A stretch of 32,000 nt of DNA from Nostoc punctiforme PCC 73102. GTDB lineage: Bacteria; Cyanobacteriota; Cyanobacteriia; Cyanobacteriales; Nostocaceae. Positions 7,189-16,852 of this stretch are shown one piece after another (positions within the stretch are counted from its first letter, which is position 1; each line of letters starts with the position of its first letter). The stretch covers positions 1,080,001-1,112,000 of the forward strand of contig NC_010628.1 in the NCBI RefSeq assembly GCF_000020025.1, given 5' to 3'. The notes under the pieces were generated by a model. That model saw only the letters and a list, made by a program, of their open reading frames with translations, was not told the DNA's origin and did no database searches. Position numbers and translations under genes: made by a program.

Positions 7189-7848
7189 ATGAAATCTACT
7201 TACATCAACGGACGATGCTACTATCAAGGCAATGGTGGTGTTGTTCTTCCTGCTGTCACCACAGTTTTAAAAGCGACACAGCCACCTGAGTCTCTAGCCG
7301 CCCTTTGCCATTGGCGCAATAAAGTTGGCGATGCAGAAGCAAATCGAATTGCTGCTAACAGCCGTCGCCGAGGAAATGCCTTACACCAATTGATTAAAGA
7401 ATACTTGCAAGGTTACTCGCCCAAACCTGACAACAGCCTGATTCAGCCTTACTGGGATAGCGTTCAATCTGTGCTAAACCAACTTAGCGATGTTCAACTG
7501 GTTGAAGAAGCCGTGCCTAATTATAAAGAACTTTACGCCGGGAAAGTTGATTTAGTTGCTCGTTATCAAGGTGTTCCGCATTTAATTGAATGGACAACAG
7601 CCGAGGAAGCAAAACTGAGAATTGATAAGCTTTATGACAAGCCTTTACAACTAGCTGCTTATTGTGGTGCAATAAATCGGTATTATAGCGATCGCCTCTT
7701 TAACTGCAAAATTAACCATGCTCTCATTGTCGTAGCCTTGCCAGGTGAAAAAGCAGAGATTTTTGAATTTGATCGTGCAAGGCTAATTCATGTCTGGCAT
7801 CAATGGCTGAATCGGCTGAATTTTTTCTTTAGTGCAGTTGCTGCATAA
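7189..7848 (+). CDS. PD-(D/E)XK nuclease superfamily protein (Cas4/RecB/MGME1-like exonuclease fold)
   Basis: 219-aa ORF. N-terminal LPAVTTVL motif, AGKVDLVA (motif II Asp), HLIEWTT (motif III position) and PLQLAAY (QhxxY motif). I assigned the family from motif order only. Confidence 0.55.
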   Translation: MKSTYINGRCYYQGNGGVVLPAVTTVLKATQPPESLAALCHWRNKVGDAEANRIAANSRRRGNALHQLIKEYLQGYSPKPDNSLIQPYWDSVQSVLNQLSDVQLVEEAVPNYKELYAGKVDLVARYQGVPHLIEWTTAEEAKLRIDKLYDKPLQLAAYCGAINRYYSDRLFNCKINHALIVVALPGEKAEIFEFDRARLIHVWHQWLNRLNFFFSAVAA

Positions 7849-7925
7849 AAGTGCGATCGCATACCCGCCCAAAGCGATCGCAATTTTTTACAAGCAAAAC
7901 CCGAAAATTAGACACAACATAAAAT

Positions 7926-7956
7926 AGCGTAGGCGTAGCCCGTCATAGACATCGCT
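7926..7956. repeat. small dispersed repeat (compact form)
   Basis: agcgtaggcgtagcccgtcatagacatcgct. Its reverse complement matches both ends of the 23636-23709 element, which carries an extra 42-nt internal segment. Confidence 0.75.
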
Positions 7957-7981
7957 CATCATTTATTTAACTACCGAATGC

Positions 7982-8833
7982 TTAATTAAATAATCCCCCC
8001 AAGAAATTGATAATTGGTTTCCAAAAAATACCAGTCAACACATAAGGAGCGTATTGTAAAAGCGGTAAGCTAGTCTGCTTCGATGGCTTCAAAGGTAAAC
8101 ACTCCAAGAGAAAAGGCACTATACAGGTAAGCCCATAGGCAGTTGCTAAGGCTGTATTCCATTTAGGTTCATCTCCTGGTATGGGGCTATAATAAATACC
8201 CAGCATAATGAACGAGATCATTAAAAACTGCTCCCATAAAAACCAGGATTGAGGTGGTAGAAAATAAACTAACTGGAGAAAGCTGTTGTTGTCTATTTTT
8301 TGTCGCATCCCGAAAAGTACAGCCCAAGTTGCAGCGCCAACAATACCATCATCTTTCAGTCCATAAGTTCTTTGAAAGCGTTTAACGCCTCTCTCAGTTT
8401 CACGACTAAAATATCCGTCAGGTTCTTTTTTAAAAAATCCTTCTTCATTGAGAATAATTTGCAGTTCTTTAACTGCATCCTGTAACTTTGGAGACATACT
8501 TTTTTGATTGCGGTAAAGCTTTGGGTAGAAAAGGCAAGCCCAACTCAGTGGCCCAACTATCCCATCTACCTGAAGATTATTAGCTTTCTGAAATTTAATT
8601 ACAGCCTCTTCTGTTTCTAAGTCAAATTTACCACTAATAGTTGAGAGGAAATCCTGAGCTTGCAGTCGTTCTTGGAGTTCATTAATTGATTCTTGTGCAG
8701 AGTTTGGCGAAAAGCCTCGGTATAATATGGGACGTTTATTGAATACACAGACTTGTTTTTCTTCTGGAAAATAACGTCGGGATTGTTTTAGCCCAAACAA
8801 GAGGTTTAGAAAGTTAAGTGTTTTATTTGTCAT
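7982..8833 (-). CDS. membrane protein with two peptidoglycan-binding (PG_binding_1-like) domains
   Basis: 283-aa ORF. It has two copies of the motif: NLQVDGIVGPLSWACLF and GLKDDGIVGAATWAVLF. The C-terminal third is hydrophobic with several predicted TM segments. Confidence 0.7.
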   Translation of the reverse strand: MTNKTLNFLNLLFGLKQSRRYFPEEKQVCVFNKRPILYRGFSPNSAQESINELQERLQAQDFLSTISGKFDLETEEAVIKFQKANNLQVDGIVGPLSWACLFYPKLYRNQKSMSPKLQDAVKELQIILNEEGFFKKEPDGYFSRETERGVKRFQRTYGLKDDGIVGAATWAVLFGMRQKIDNNSFLQLVYFLPPQSWFLWEQFLMISFIMLGIYYSPIPGDEPKWNTALATAYGLTCIVPFLLECLPLKPSKQTSLPLLQYAPYVLTGIFWKPIINFLGGLFN

Positions 8834-9066
8834 AGTTTTATTGAGTAATTTGTGAAAAAATCATCTGGCAAAGTTTTACAGCCTAGAAGTCGATATGGTC
8901 GGCAGCCTCTACGTACTAGAGACAAAAATAAACTTATAAATTAGCTTACTGGTTAAATTTAAGACAGGAGTTAACACTGTTAAAAAAATGTTACTAATTT
9001 GTCAAACTTTTGTTCGTTAAAATGTTGCTAACGCCACATTGATAACGAATTTATTGGGTAATATTT

Positions 9067-11391
9067 ATGCCAGGTCAGTCAGAAGATTGGAATTTACCTA
9101 AAAGTTGGAATCGCAAGATTTTGCAGGACTGGGAGATAGACCGACTACTGACTAATTTGGAGGTTACACTTCAAAAGCGTTACAGACAAAGTACTAGGAA
9201 AGACCTGTTACTTGGGCTACTCTGTGGGTACAGCTTGAAAAAGATTGGTCAAGATTTGCACAAAGAAAACGCTGCTGTCAGAGCAGGGTTAAGCAATATC
9301 TATCGGGATATTGAAGTTTTGACAGGAGAAGCAAATAAAAGTGTCAAGTCCAGTAATCTTGTCTACGTTTTGGAAAAACATGGTTATCGTAGAGGGTCTG
9401 TTGTAGCTACTATCCAACGCCGTGACATCCCCCACAATTTGCCAGCACCGACTTACACCCAATTTATTGGTCGGGAGGCAGATATGAAAAAGCTATTAGA
9501 ACGCCTTTCATCGGTGCATGGCGCTCACATGATCACAGTACATGGCATTGGTGGCGTAGGTAAAACGGCGCTGGTGTTAGCAGCTGCTTATCTATGCTTA
9601 AAAGCTAGTAACGAAAACTCTTCTGACGCACCCAAATTTGATGCGATTATTTTCACTTCAGCCAAACAACAAGAACTTATTCCCACTAATAGTATCTTGT
9701 GGCGGCAACAGGGACAGCGTAATCTACGCGATATCTTTCGAGAAATTGCTAATGCTTTAGATGACCCGACAATTCTTCAATCTCCTCCCAATGACCAATT
9801 CGATCGTGTTCGCCAAATTCTCTCAAAACGGAGAACACTGTTGATTGTGGACAATATGGAGACTATAGAGGACAGAAATGAGGTTATTGAGTTTTTATAT
9901 AATCTACCCATTTGCATCAAAGTAATAATTACTAGCCGCGAACAAATTGCCTTGTTGCCAATCCGTCTGCGAAACTTACCTCAAGATGATGGTTTGCAGT
10001 TGATTAGACAACAAGCTGAAGAAAAAGGTATAAGCATCAACGATGAGGACTCTAAGCAACTCTACGATCGCACTGGCGGCATCCCTCTGGCGATCGTATA
10101 TTCGCTTGGTCAATTATCCGGTGGCTACTCCCTAAACTCGGTATTGAATCGATTAACCTCGGCTACAGGTGATGTGGCTCGTTTTTGCTTTGAGCAATCA
10201 GTACAAGGAATCAAGGGACAGCCACCGCACAAGTTACTCATGTCACTGGCGATTTTTCCTGACTCTGCCATACTCGCAGCTGTGGCTGAGGTTGCTGGGC
10301 TAACAGCCGCTCCTGATATTGTAAATAATGGCTTGGCGCGTTTGCAGCAACTTTCCTTGGTGAATCTCAACCCAGAGACTAAGCGGTTTGATATGCTCTC
10401 TTTGACTCGTGAATATGCCTTAGCAGAATTAGCCGCTTACCCAGATTTTGAGAGGGAAGCACGAAGGCGCTGGGTGAGATGGTATCTTGATTTTGCCCAC
10501 AATTATGCCGGAGAAGATTGGGAGAAGTGGATACACTACAATAAGTTAGAACCAGAAGAAGGAAATCTGCGAGCAGTACTTCATTGGTGTGAAGACAAAG
10601 AACACTATGAAGCAGTTAGGGATTTATGGCTTCTCTTAAGCCACTATGCAAATCTCTATGCCTATTGGGACGATCGCTTAGATTGGCTGCAATGGCTCAT
10701 AGAACAATCAGAACGGCGTGGTGAATGGTCTTGTTTTGTAAAAATCATCGTCCGCAAAAGCTGGCTACTAATTCGAGAGTGTTCCTCTGTGAGTCTGAAA
10801 GAAGCAGATAAAATTTTGCGACGGACGTGGGTTTTGCGCGATCATGCAGATTTATGTGTTCAGGCTGACTTAGCCGAAAGTATGGCTAGGCTGCAAATTA
10901 GACAGAAGGATTATAAAGATGCACGTCACTGGCTAACTGTAGAAGAAAAATTGGTGATCGAGGCGAATCTAGAGGAGCGACAGCACATCCGCTATTTTAT
11001 TCCCGTTCTTTATCATCAGGCTGAAATCCATTATTTAGAAGGTGAATATCTTTTAGCAAAGAAGCTCTTTCAAGAGGTGATGAAAAGTGCAGAAAAAATT
11101 AGTTGGCATCGGGTGATCAATTCTGCTCAAAATTGGCTGGCTGATATTGCAATTGAACAAGGCGATCGCGACGAAGCTCAAAAGCTATTAATTCAAGGCT
11201 TGACTGTTGCTGAAACGACTCACAACAAGCGACGTTTGGCTCGCTATCGGCGTTCTCTTGCCCGTTGGGAGAAAAAGTGGGGAAGTGCAGAGAAAGCCTA
11301 CCAATTGTCAATTAAGGCTATTGATGGTTTTAAGCTCTTGGGAATGACACGGGATGCACAGGAGATGCAAATTTTCCTTGATTCACTGTAA
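9067..11391 (+). CDS. NB-ARC/STAND NTPase with N-terminal HTH-like region and C-terminal TPR-like repeats
   Basis: 774-aa ORF. FIGRE, P-loop GIGGVGKTALV, Walker B LLIVDNME, the GxP motif TGGIPLAI, and a long helical repeat C-terminus. The N-terminal GYSLKKIGQDL...SNIYRDI resembles a LuxR/GerE-type HTH. Confidence 0.8.
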   Translation: MPGQSEDWNLPKSWNRKILQDWEIDRLLTNLEVTLQKRYRQSTRKDLLLGLLCGYSLKKIGQDLHKENAAVRAGLSNIYRDIEVLTGEANKSVKSSNLVYVLEKHGYRRGSVVATIQRRDIPHNLPAPTYTQFIGREADMKKLLERLSSVHGAHMITVHGIGGVGKTALVLAAAYLCLKASNENSSDAPKFDAIIFTSAKQQELIPTNSILWRQQGQRNLRDIFREIANALDDPTILQSPPNDQFDRVRQILSKRRTLLIVDNMETIEDRNEVIEFLYNLPICIKVIITSREQIALLPIRLRNLPQDDGLQLIRQQAEEKGISINDEDSKQLYDRTGGIPLAIVYSLGQLSGGYSLNSVLNRLTSATGDVARFCFEQSVQGIKGQPPHKLLMSLAIFPDSAILAAVAEVAGLTAAPDIVNNGLARLQQLSLVNLNPETKRFDMLSLTREYALAELAAYPDFEREARRRWVRWYLDFAHNYAGEDWEKWIHYNKLEPEEGNLRAVLHWCEDKEHYEAVRDLWLLLSHYANLYAYWDDRLDWLQWLIEQSERRGEWSCFVKIIVRKSWLLIRECSSVSLKEADKILRRTWVLRDHADLCVQADLAESMARLQIRQKDYKDARHWLTVEEKLVIEANLEERQHIRYFIPVLYHQAEIHYLEGEYLLAKKLFQEVMKSAEKISWHRVINSAQNWLADIAIEQGDRDEAQKLLIQGLTVAETTHNKRRLARYRRSLARWEKKWGSAEKAYQLSIKAIDGFKLLGMTRDAQEMQIFLDSL

Positions 11392-11530
11392 TCATAGGCG
11401 CTTATGTTGCCCACCCGACAAGATGGGATAATTTATTTATTGGAAATCCCTAAAAGCGCGATCGCATATCGACCAACACTAGACAAGATAATTTTTTACA
11501 AGATAATGTAATATAACTTAGCAGTATTCG

Positions 11531-11561
11531 AGCGATGCCTACGGCGGGATGCGCCTACGCT
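11531..11561. repeat. small dispersed repeat (partly palindromic)
   Basis: agcgatgcctacggcgggatgcgcctacgct. It shares GCGATGCCTACGGCGG with 2499-2514 and 13396-13411 (rc). Confidence 0.65.
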
Positions 11562-11724
11562 ATTCCTTTTCAATCTAATTGCAAGCAAAGCGGCAATTTG
11601 CTACATATCAGAATGGTTCCATCCAAACTTGTCCACCCAAAGACAGTAGATTAAGTTTTGTCTGAATAACTATAAGGAATGAAATAGCTCTGCTTTCCAA
11701 AAAGTAAAAAAGGAACAGATTTTT

Positions 11725-13083
11725 ATGGCATTTGATTACAACCTGTTTGTCATTGGTGCTGGGCCTGGTGGATTGGCAGCAGCTAAAAAAGCAGCTAGTT
11801 ACGGTGTCCGTGTCGCTATTGCCGAACAAGAATCCATCGGTGGAACCTGTGTAAATCGCGGTTGCATTCCCAAAAAACTGATTGTCTACGCTGCTGACTT
11901 CGCCCTACAAAAGCAAATAGCGCCCAGTTATGGGTGGAGTGAATGTCAAACATATTTTGACTGGACATTATTTATTAAGTCAGTACATCAGCATCTTGAC
12001 ACCCTTAACCAGTCTTACTTTCAGCAATTACACAAAGCTGGAATTGAACTAATTTCCGATCGTGCCACTTTCATCGATGCTCATACTGTCGATATCAATG
12101 GACTTAAAGTTACAGCCGACAAAATTTTAATTGCTGTGGGAGGGCAACCCCTCAAGCCCAAAATTCCAGGCATAGAATATGCCATTACATCCCGCGAGAT
12201 GTTTCAGTTACCTTATCTACCGAAGCGTTTAGCAATTATTGGCGGTGGCTACATTGGCGTAGAATTTTCCAGTATGATGCACGCCTTCGGTTGCCAGGTG
12301 ACGGTGATTGAAAAAGACGAGATGATTTTATCGGGGTTTGATGATGAGATTCGCTCTGCGGTAGAACAAGGTTTGAGGAAACGCGGAATTAAGTTATTGA
12401 CTAGTAGTACTGTTCAAGAAATCAAATACTCAGATGAGAGTTTGTTATTAACTATTACTGGTAAGAAGCGAGAAATAATTACAGCAGATACGATCTTGGT
12501 TGCCACAGGTTACGCTCCAAATACCAAGAATCTTGGTTTAGAAAATGCCCATGTTGAACTTGGCGAACATGGTGCAATCAAAGTAGATGAATACAGCCGC
12601 ACCACCCAAGAAAATATTTTTGCTGTGGGTGACTGCACCAGTCGAGTGCAATTGTCTCCAGTGGCGAAGGCAGAAGGTATTGCTTTTGCCAATACAGTTT
12701 TTGGCAACAAGGTGCAAAAACTGGATTATGATTATGTGCCCTCTGCTGTTTTTTGCCGTCCAGAAGCGGCTGGTGTAGGGATGACGGAGGCGAAGGCACG
12801 GGAAAAATTTGGTGAATCTGTACAATGCTACTACACCCAATTCCAACCACTTTTGTATCAGCTAACCGACCAGAATGAGCCAACCACTATGAAGTTAGTT
12901 TTAAATGGCGATTCTGGGCAAGTTTTGGGCGCTCATCTGGTGGGTGAACACGCAGCAGATATCATTCAAAGTCTGGGTGTGGCAATTCGCAAGGGCATTA
13001 CCAAGGAAGACTTGGATGAAATAATAGGTATTCACCCTACGGTAGGAGAAGAATTTTTTTCGTTAGATCGGGTGCAGGAATGA
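11725..13083 (+). CDS. gor: glutathione-disulfide reductase (FAD pyridine nucleotide-disulfide oxidoreductase class I)
   Basis: 452-aa ORF. FAD-binding GAGPGG, redox-active GGTCVNRGCIPKK, NAD(P)-binding GGGYIGVE, and the C-terminal dimerisation HPTxxEE (GIHPTVGEEF). The gor assignment, rather than lpdA, rests on overall similarity from memory. Confidence 0.8.
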   Translation: MAFDYNLFVIGAGPGGLAAAKKAASYGVRVAIAEQESIGGTCVNRGCIPKKLIVYAADFALQKQIAPSYGWSECQTYFDWTLFIKSVHQHLDTLNQSYFQQLHKAGIELISDRATFIDAHTVDINGLKVTADKILIAVGGQPLKPKIPGIEYAITSREMFQLPYLPKRLAIIGGGYIGVEFSSMMHAFGCQVTVIEKDEMILSGFDDEIRSAVEQGLRKRGIKLLTSSTVQEIKYSDESLLLTITGKKREIITADTILVATGYAPNTKNLGLENAHVELGEHGAIKVDEYSRTTQENIFAVGDCTSRVQLSPVAKAEGIAFANTVFGNKVQKLDYDYVPSAVFCRPEAAGVGMTEAKAREKFGESVQCYYTQFQPLLYQLTDQNEPTTMKLVLNGDSGQVLGAHLVGEHAADIIQSLGVAIRKGITKEDLDEIIGIHPTVGEEFFSLDRVQE

Positions 13084-13154
13084 GTGAAGGGGGCAGGAGG
13101 CAGGAAGAAAACTGCCTTCTTTATAGATTTTCTTCCCGTATCCCCGTGTGCTTC

Positions 13155-13576
13155 TCAAGGAGTTTCTGAGAATACCTCTGAGCAAGATTTTGTGGGAGCG
13201 TTTAATTGGTCTAAAGTATTTGTTAATGAGTCATCTCCTAGCATGGGGTATCTGCTGTGGGAATTTACCACATCGTCAAAAGCTTTCAGATCCTCAAGAG
13301 CCTCTGATGCAGACTGATATCGGTGTTTGAAGTCATCCAGCACCATTTTACTGAGAATATTAGCAACGGAGCGGCTTACCTGAGAGCGTAGTTTACCGCC
13401 GTAGGCATCGCTCCATTTTATCTCTCCATCAGCATCTCTATCTAGATCGCGGGGTGCTATACCAGTCAAGGCTCTAATCCCAACCATACCCACTGCATAG
13501 ATGTCACTACTGTATTGGGGACGGCCAAAACATTGTTCGCTGGGTGCGTAACCCTGAGTCCCAATGCCAAGGAGTT
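13155..13576 (-). pseudogene. C-terminal fragment of the IS-disrupted CHASE2 Ser/Thr protein kinase gene
   Basis: The minus-strand translation continues the kinase at subdomain VIII: LLGIGTQGYAPSEQCFGRPQYSSDIYAVGMVGI... to the stop at 13155. It joins in frame to 14899..16852 once 13577-14898 is removed. Confidence 0.8.
13386..13411. repeat. small dispersed repeat copy embedded in the kinase coding sequence
   Basis: gcgtagtttaccgccgtaggcatcgc is the exact reverse complement of 2499-2524. In the kinase frame it is read as SDAYGGKLRS. Confidence 0.8.
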
Positions 13577-14898
13577 ATGTAAAAATAAATTGAACAATTA
13601 ACTGACTACTTTGGGTTTGATAATATAGTTCCACTCACCATGAAAAGAATTTCGTTCGATTGCGATAGTATCAAGCTCTTGGTCTGTAACCTTGATTCCC
13701 GTTTTGTAGAGATTTGGATCTAATCTAGCTTCAACTTCTAATCCTTGTGTGGTGGTAGTATTGCGAATTAGATTAATCACAACTTGCAAGCTAGTTAATG
13801 GTCTGCCTCGCCAGTTTTGGGTAATGTGACAAAACAAGCGATGCTCAATCTTATTCCATTTACTTGTGCCTGGAGGAAAATGACACACATGAATAGTTTT
13901 ACCAGTATCAGTTGCTAATTCTTGTAACTTCAATTTCCACAATCGTGAGCGATAACTATTGCTACCACCGCAATCAGCCGTAATCATTATATGCTCACTG
14001 CTGGGATAAACTTGTTTACCCATTGAGTACCACCAATGACGAATAGACTCGACTGCAAACTCTGCGGTATCGTGGTCAATGCCAACATTTACCCATCCTT
14101 GATTTGAGGTTAAGTCATAAATTCCGTAGGGAATTGCCTTGCCCAACTTGGGGTCAACAAAATCATGCATTTTCACCTCAATTGGCTGTTCCTTTTCACA
14201 CCACTCGGTTCCAGAATTTTTAAAATCTCCAATTAATTCTTTTTTTTTGTATCAACTGAAATTACGGGTTCGTTCTGGGATTGAAAGTGCAAGACTTGGT
14301 TGGAAATATGTAAAAACTGATCATCTCTATCTGGATGAGATGAGCCATCACGGGTTTTACGATTTGATTGTAAGCTGTAGCCAAGCGATTCAAGTAAGTT
14401 ATAAACACTTTTAGGACTAGTCCTATGTCCCCCAATGTTTAATGCCGCAGCCAGTTTCACAACACTTTTAGAAGTCCATTTTAGAGGAGATTCTGGGTCT
14501 CCCAGTGTCACTGGTTCAATCAGCGATTCTAAATCTGATAGCAGCATTGCGTCTTTTTCTTCAAGTAGTTTACGTCCAGCACCTGACGAACGAATTCGAT
14601 TACTATCATCATTCGAGGTTTTTTCCCCCGAAGCGTCTAACAATAACCGTATCCCAGCATGGATTGTAGTCCGGGATAGTCCAGTTGCGAGCGCAACCTG
14701 ACTCACGCCTCCCCAGCCCAGGCTTCGGGCTTCAATTGCTGCCCAAATACGCCGTGTTTTCTCATTCAAATAAGGCGATAACGAATCGTACTTGTCTTGA
14801 ATGCTTTCTACTACCTGCTTATCAGACATATAAGCCTTTAATTCGGTTACATTCTGATCATCTTACCATTCAGCAAATTGTTCAAGTTATTTTTACAT
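13577..14898 (-). mobile_element. ISAzo13-family insertion sequence (about 1.32 kb)
   Basis: Terminal inverted repeats ATGTAAAAATAAATTGAACAATT (13577-13599) and AATTGTTCAAGTTATTTTTACAT (14876-14898), about 22/23 matching. It encodes an ISAzo13-type DDE transposase and interrupts a kinase gene. I saw no clear target-site duplication. Confidence 0.85.
13598..14829 (-). CDS. ISAzo13-family DDE transposase, two frames joined at an A9 slippery run
   Basis: The upstream frame (14233..14829) ends ...SVDTKKKN*. Shifting by -1 at the A9 run (14240-14248 on the plus strand) gives TKKKELIGDFKNSGTEW...KMHDFVDPKLGKAIPYGIYD, continuing to 13598. Family motifs: SVDTKKKE, ITADCGGSN, TSKWNKIEHRLF. Confidence 0.8.
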
Positions 14899-16852
14899 GA
14901 TGCCCAATGGTAAAGGGGGTTTGCTCTTCAGTATCAAGCTGTTTTGTGCTGACTTCTTTGACGGCTCCAAAGTCAATCAATACCAGTTTTCCATCTGAGT
15001 GCCGCCGGATAATATTACTGGGCTTGATATCCCGATGAATCACATTATTTTGGTGAACAAATGTTAATGTTTGCAATAAGTCTCTGACAATTTTGATCGC
15101 GGCAATTTCATCAATGGCTCTACCTGGTGGCAATTCCTGATTTAAGGTATGACCAATTATCTGTTCTTGCACTAGATAAAATTCTTCATCTTCTTCAAAA
15201 TACGCCAAAAGTTGAGGGATCTGATCGTGTGTTCCCAATTTTTCTAAGGTTTGCGCCTCTGAGTGAAATAAACGTCTGGCAAGTTGCAAGGCTTCTGGTT
15301 TAGTGCTGGCTGGTTTTAGTTGCTTGACAACACATAGCGGACTCCCAGGACGTTGGGTATCTTCGGCAATGTAGGTTTCGCTGAATCCACCGGAACCAAG
15401 AACTTTGACAATTTTGTAGCGTCGAGCCAAGACTTTTCCTGATAAGGCTAAATCTCGTTGCTGGATTAAGTATTGCAAATCATATTGTTGACTGATGATC
15501 TCTTGAACAACGGGAGATGTTTTATACTTCTGGAAAATGTTTACTAATTGACGTTTTCTAATGCTTTCCCTCATGACTGAGGTTCCCAGGTAGGAAAGTC
15601 CGGTCATGGCGATCGCAATCATTGGTACAATCGTAGGAAAAATTAATCGACCATAGACAAATAACCCATAGCTAATTCCTAACCAAGCGCCAGATAGGGC
15701 GAGGCTATATAAAAATCTATTGATGCTACGCTTGCGTCTGCTAATCATCAAGGCTGCACTGCCAACTAGAACTAGCACAAACAAACCCTGCAATAGTGGA
15801 GTGTTAATTCCTGGAGCGATCGCTTTCCCTGACATCAAAGTTGCGATCGCATTGGCGTGAATTTCCACGCCCGACATCGGTTTAATGCTGTTGCTAGCAG
15901 CGACTGGATAATAATCATTATTTAACTTATCTGTCGCACCAATCAGCACTATCTTGTCTTTGAAGACCTTTCCCTGCTGCAAATAGGTGTTCCAATTTTC
16001 CGGATCGAGTACGTGCCAAAAGGGTATTTGCTCAAATGTACCCGCAGAACCCCAAAAATAAATGCGATCGCCTTTTGGTCGCGGATAATTTACTTGTGCT
16101 GTCCTGAGTGCTACTTCATCAAAAGAGGGTAGCTTCTCGATCAAATTATCTTCAGCCAACGACTTAGAAAACTCACTCGCCAATCGATGAACTTTACCAT
16201 CCATCTCTACGGGAAAATTAACTGAGCCAATGGAAACTGACCCTGTACGAAACATCTGTTGTGGGTCTGTCAGTTGTGTAAAAGTCCCTTGGTGCGTCTG
16301 AGAATTTTCGTAAACGGCTGCTAAGGTAACTTTACTGCCATATTTTTGCAATACTGCCTGGAATTGGCGATCGTCAGTAACTCCATAACTACTCGGCGTG
16401 TCAAAAACTACATCTATCGCCACCGAACGGACACCTGCTTTAATTAACTTTGTAATTATCTGGGCATAAGCAGCACGTTGATAAGGATAAGATTTCAGTG
16501 TTTCTAGGTACGCATACTGTTTCGGATTTATTTTATAGTACTGTTCGGGAACTGATATTGACTGATCGTCTATCGCTAAAATTACAATGTCTTCTGGAGG
16601 CACAATCGGCCCACGCAGTTGAAAAAAGCTAGAAAGCGCCTTATTTTCCATCAATTGAACCGATTCCCCACCAGCAGCACTCAGCACTGCTGCACCCATT
16701 ACGCAAGCTCCAGCGAGGAGATGACCTAAGCGAATCATCCATCTAGACTGGCGAGCCGATACTGTTGACGTTACTTTTGTCGGTTTACTTGACAGTCTAT
16801 TGGCAGCAGAGACATAGTTTTTAGTTAAGGTAGATGTAGGTTCTTCTGCCAT
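14899..16852 (-). pseudogene. N-terminal part of CHASE2-domain sensor Ser/Thr protein kinase (disrupted by IS)
   Basis: N-terminal TM segment, CHASE2-like region (DIVILAIDDQS...), three or four TM segments, then kinase subdomains I-VII: LGSGGFSETY, VVKQL, HRDIKPSNII, LIDFG. The reading frame runs into the IS end after ...TPFTIGH. Confidence 0.85.

Noticed and set aside
12510-13330. Several 60-110-aa ORFs antisense to or overlapping gor and the kinase tail (12510..12710, 12538..12846, 12578..12883, 12587..12778, 13084..13317, 13148..13330). Comparable antisense ORFs lie inside pyrD, rsr, leuA, recQ, pheS, the NB-ARC gene and the HEAT gene.
   Set aside because: All are shadow ORFs inside longer ORFs that have clear family motifs. 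Their translations are compositionally odd (Cys/Trp/His-rich, no motifs).
13577-14898. IS630/Tc1-type element with a TA target duplication.
   Set aside because: The flanks are ...gagtt and gatgcc..., with no TA duplication. The transposase motifs (SVDTKKKE, TADCGGSN, WNKIEHRLF) fit the ISAzo13 family rather than IS630.
14139-14900. Plus-strand ORFs inside the IS (14139..14414, 14435..14701, 14685..14900).
   Set aside because: They are antisense to the well-supported ISAzo13-type transposase frames, have no recognisable domains, and are Ser-rich low-complexity translations.
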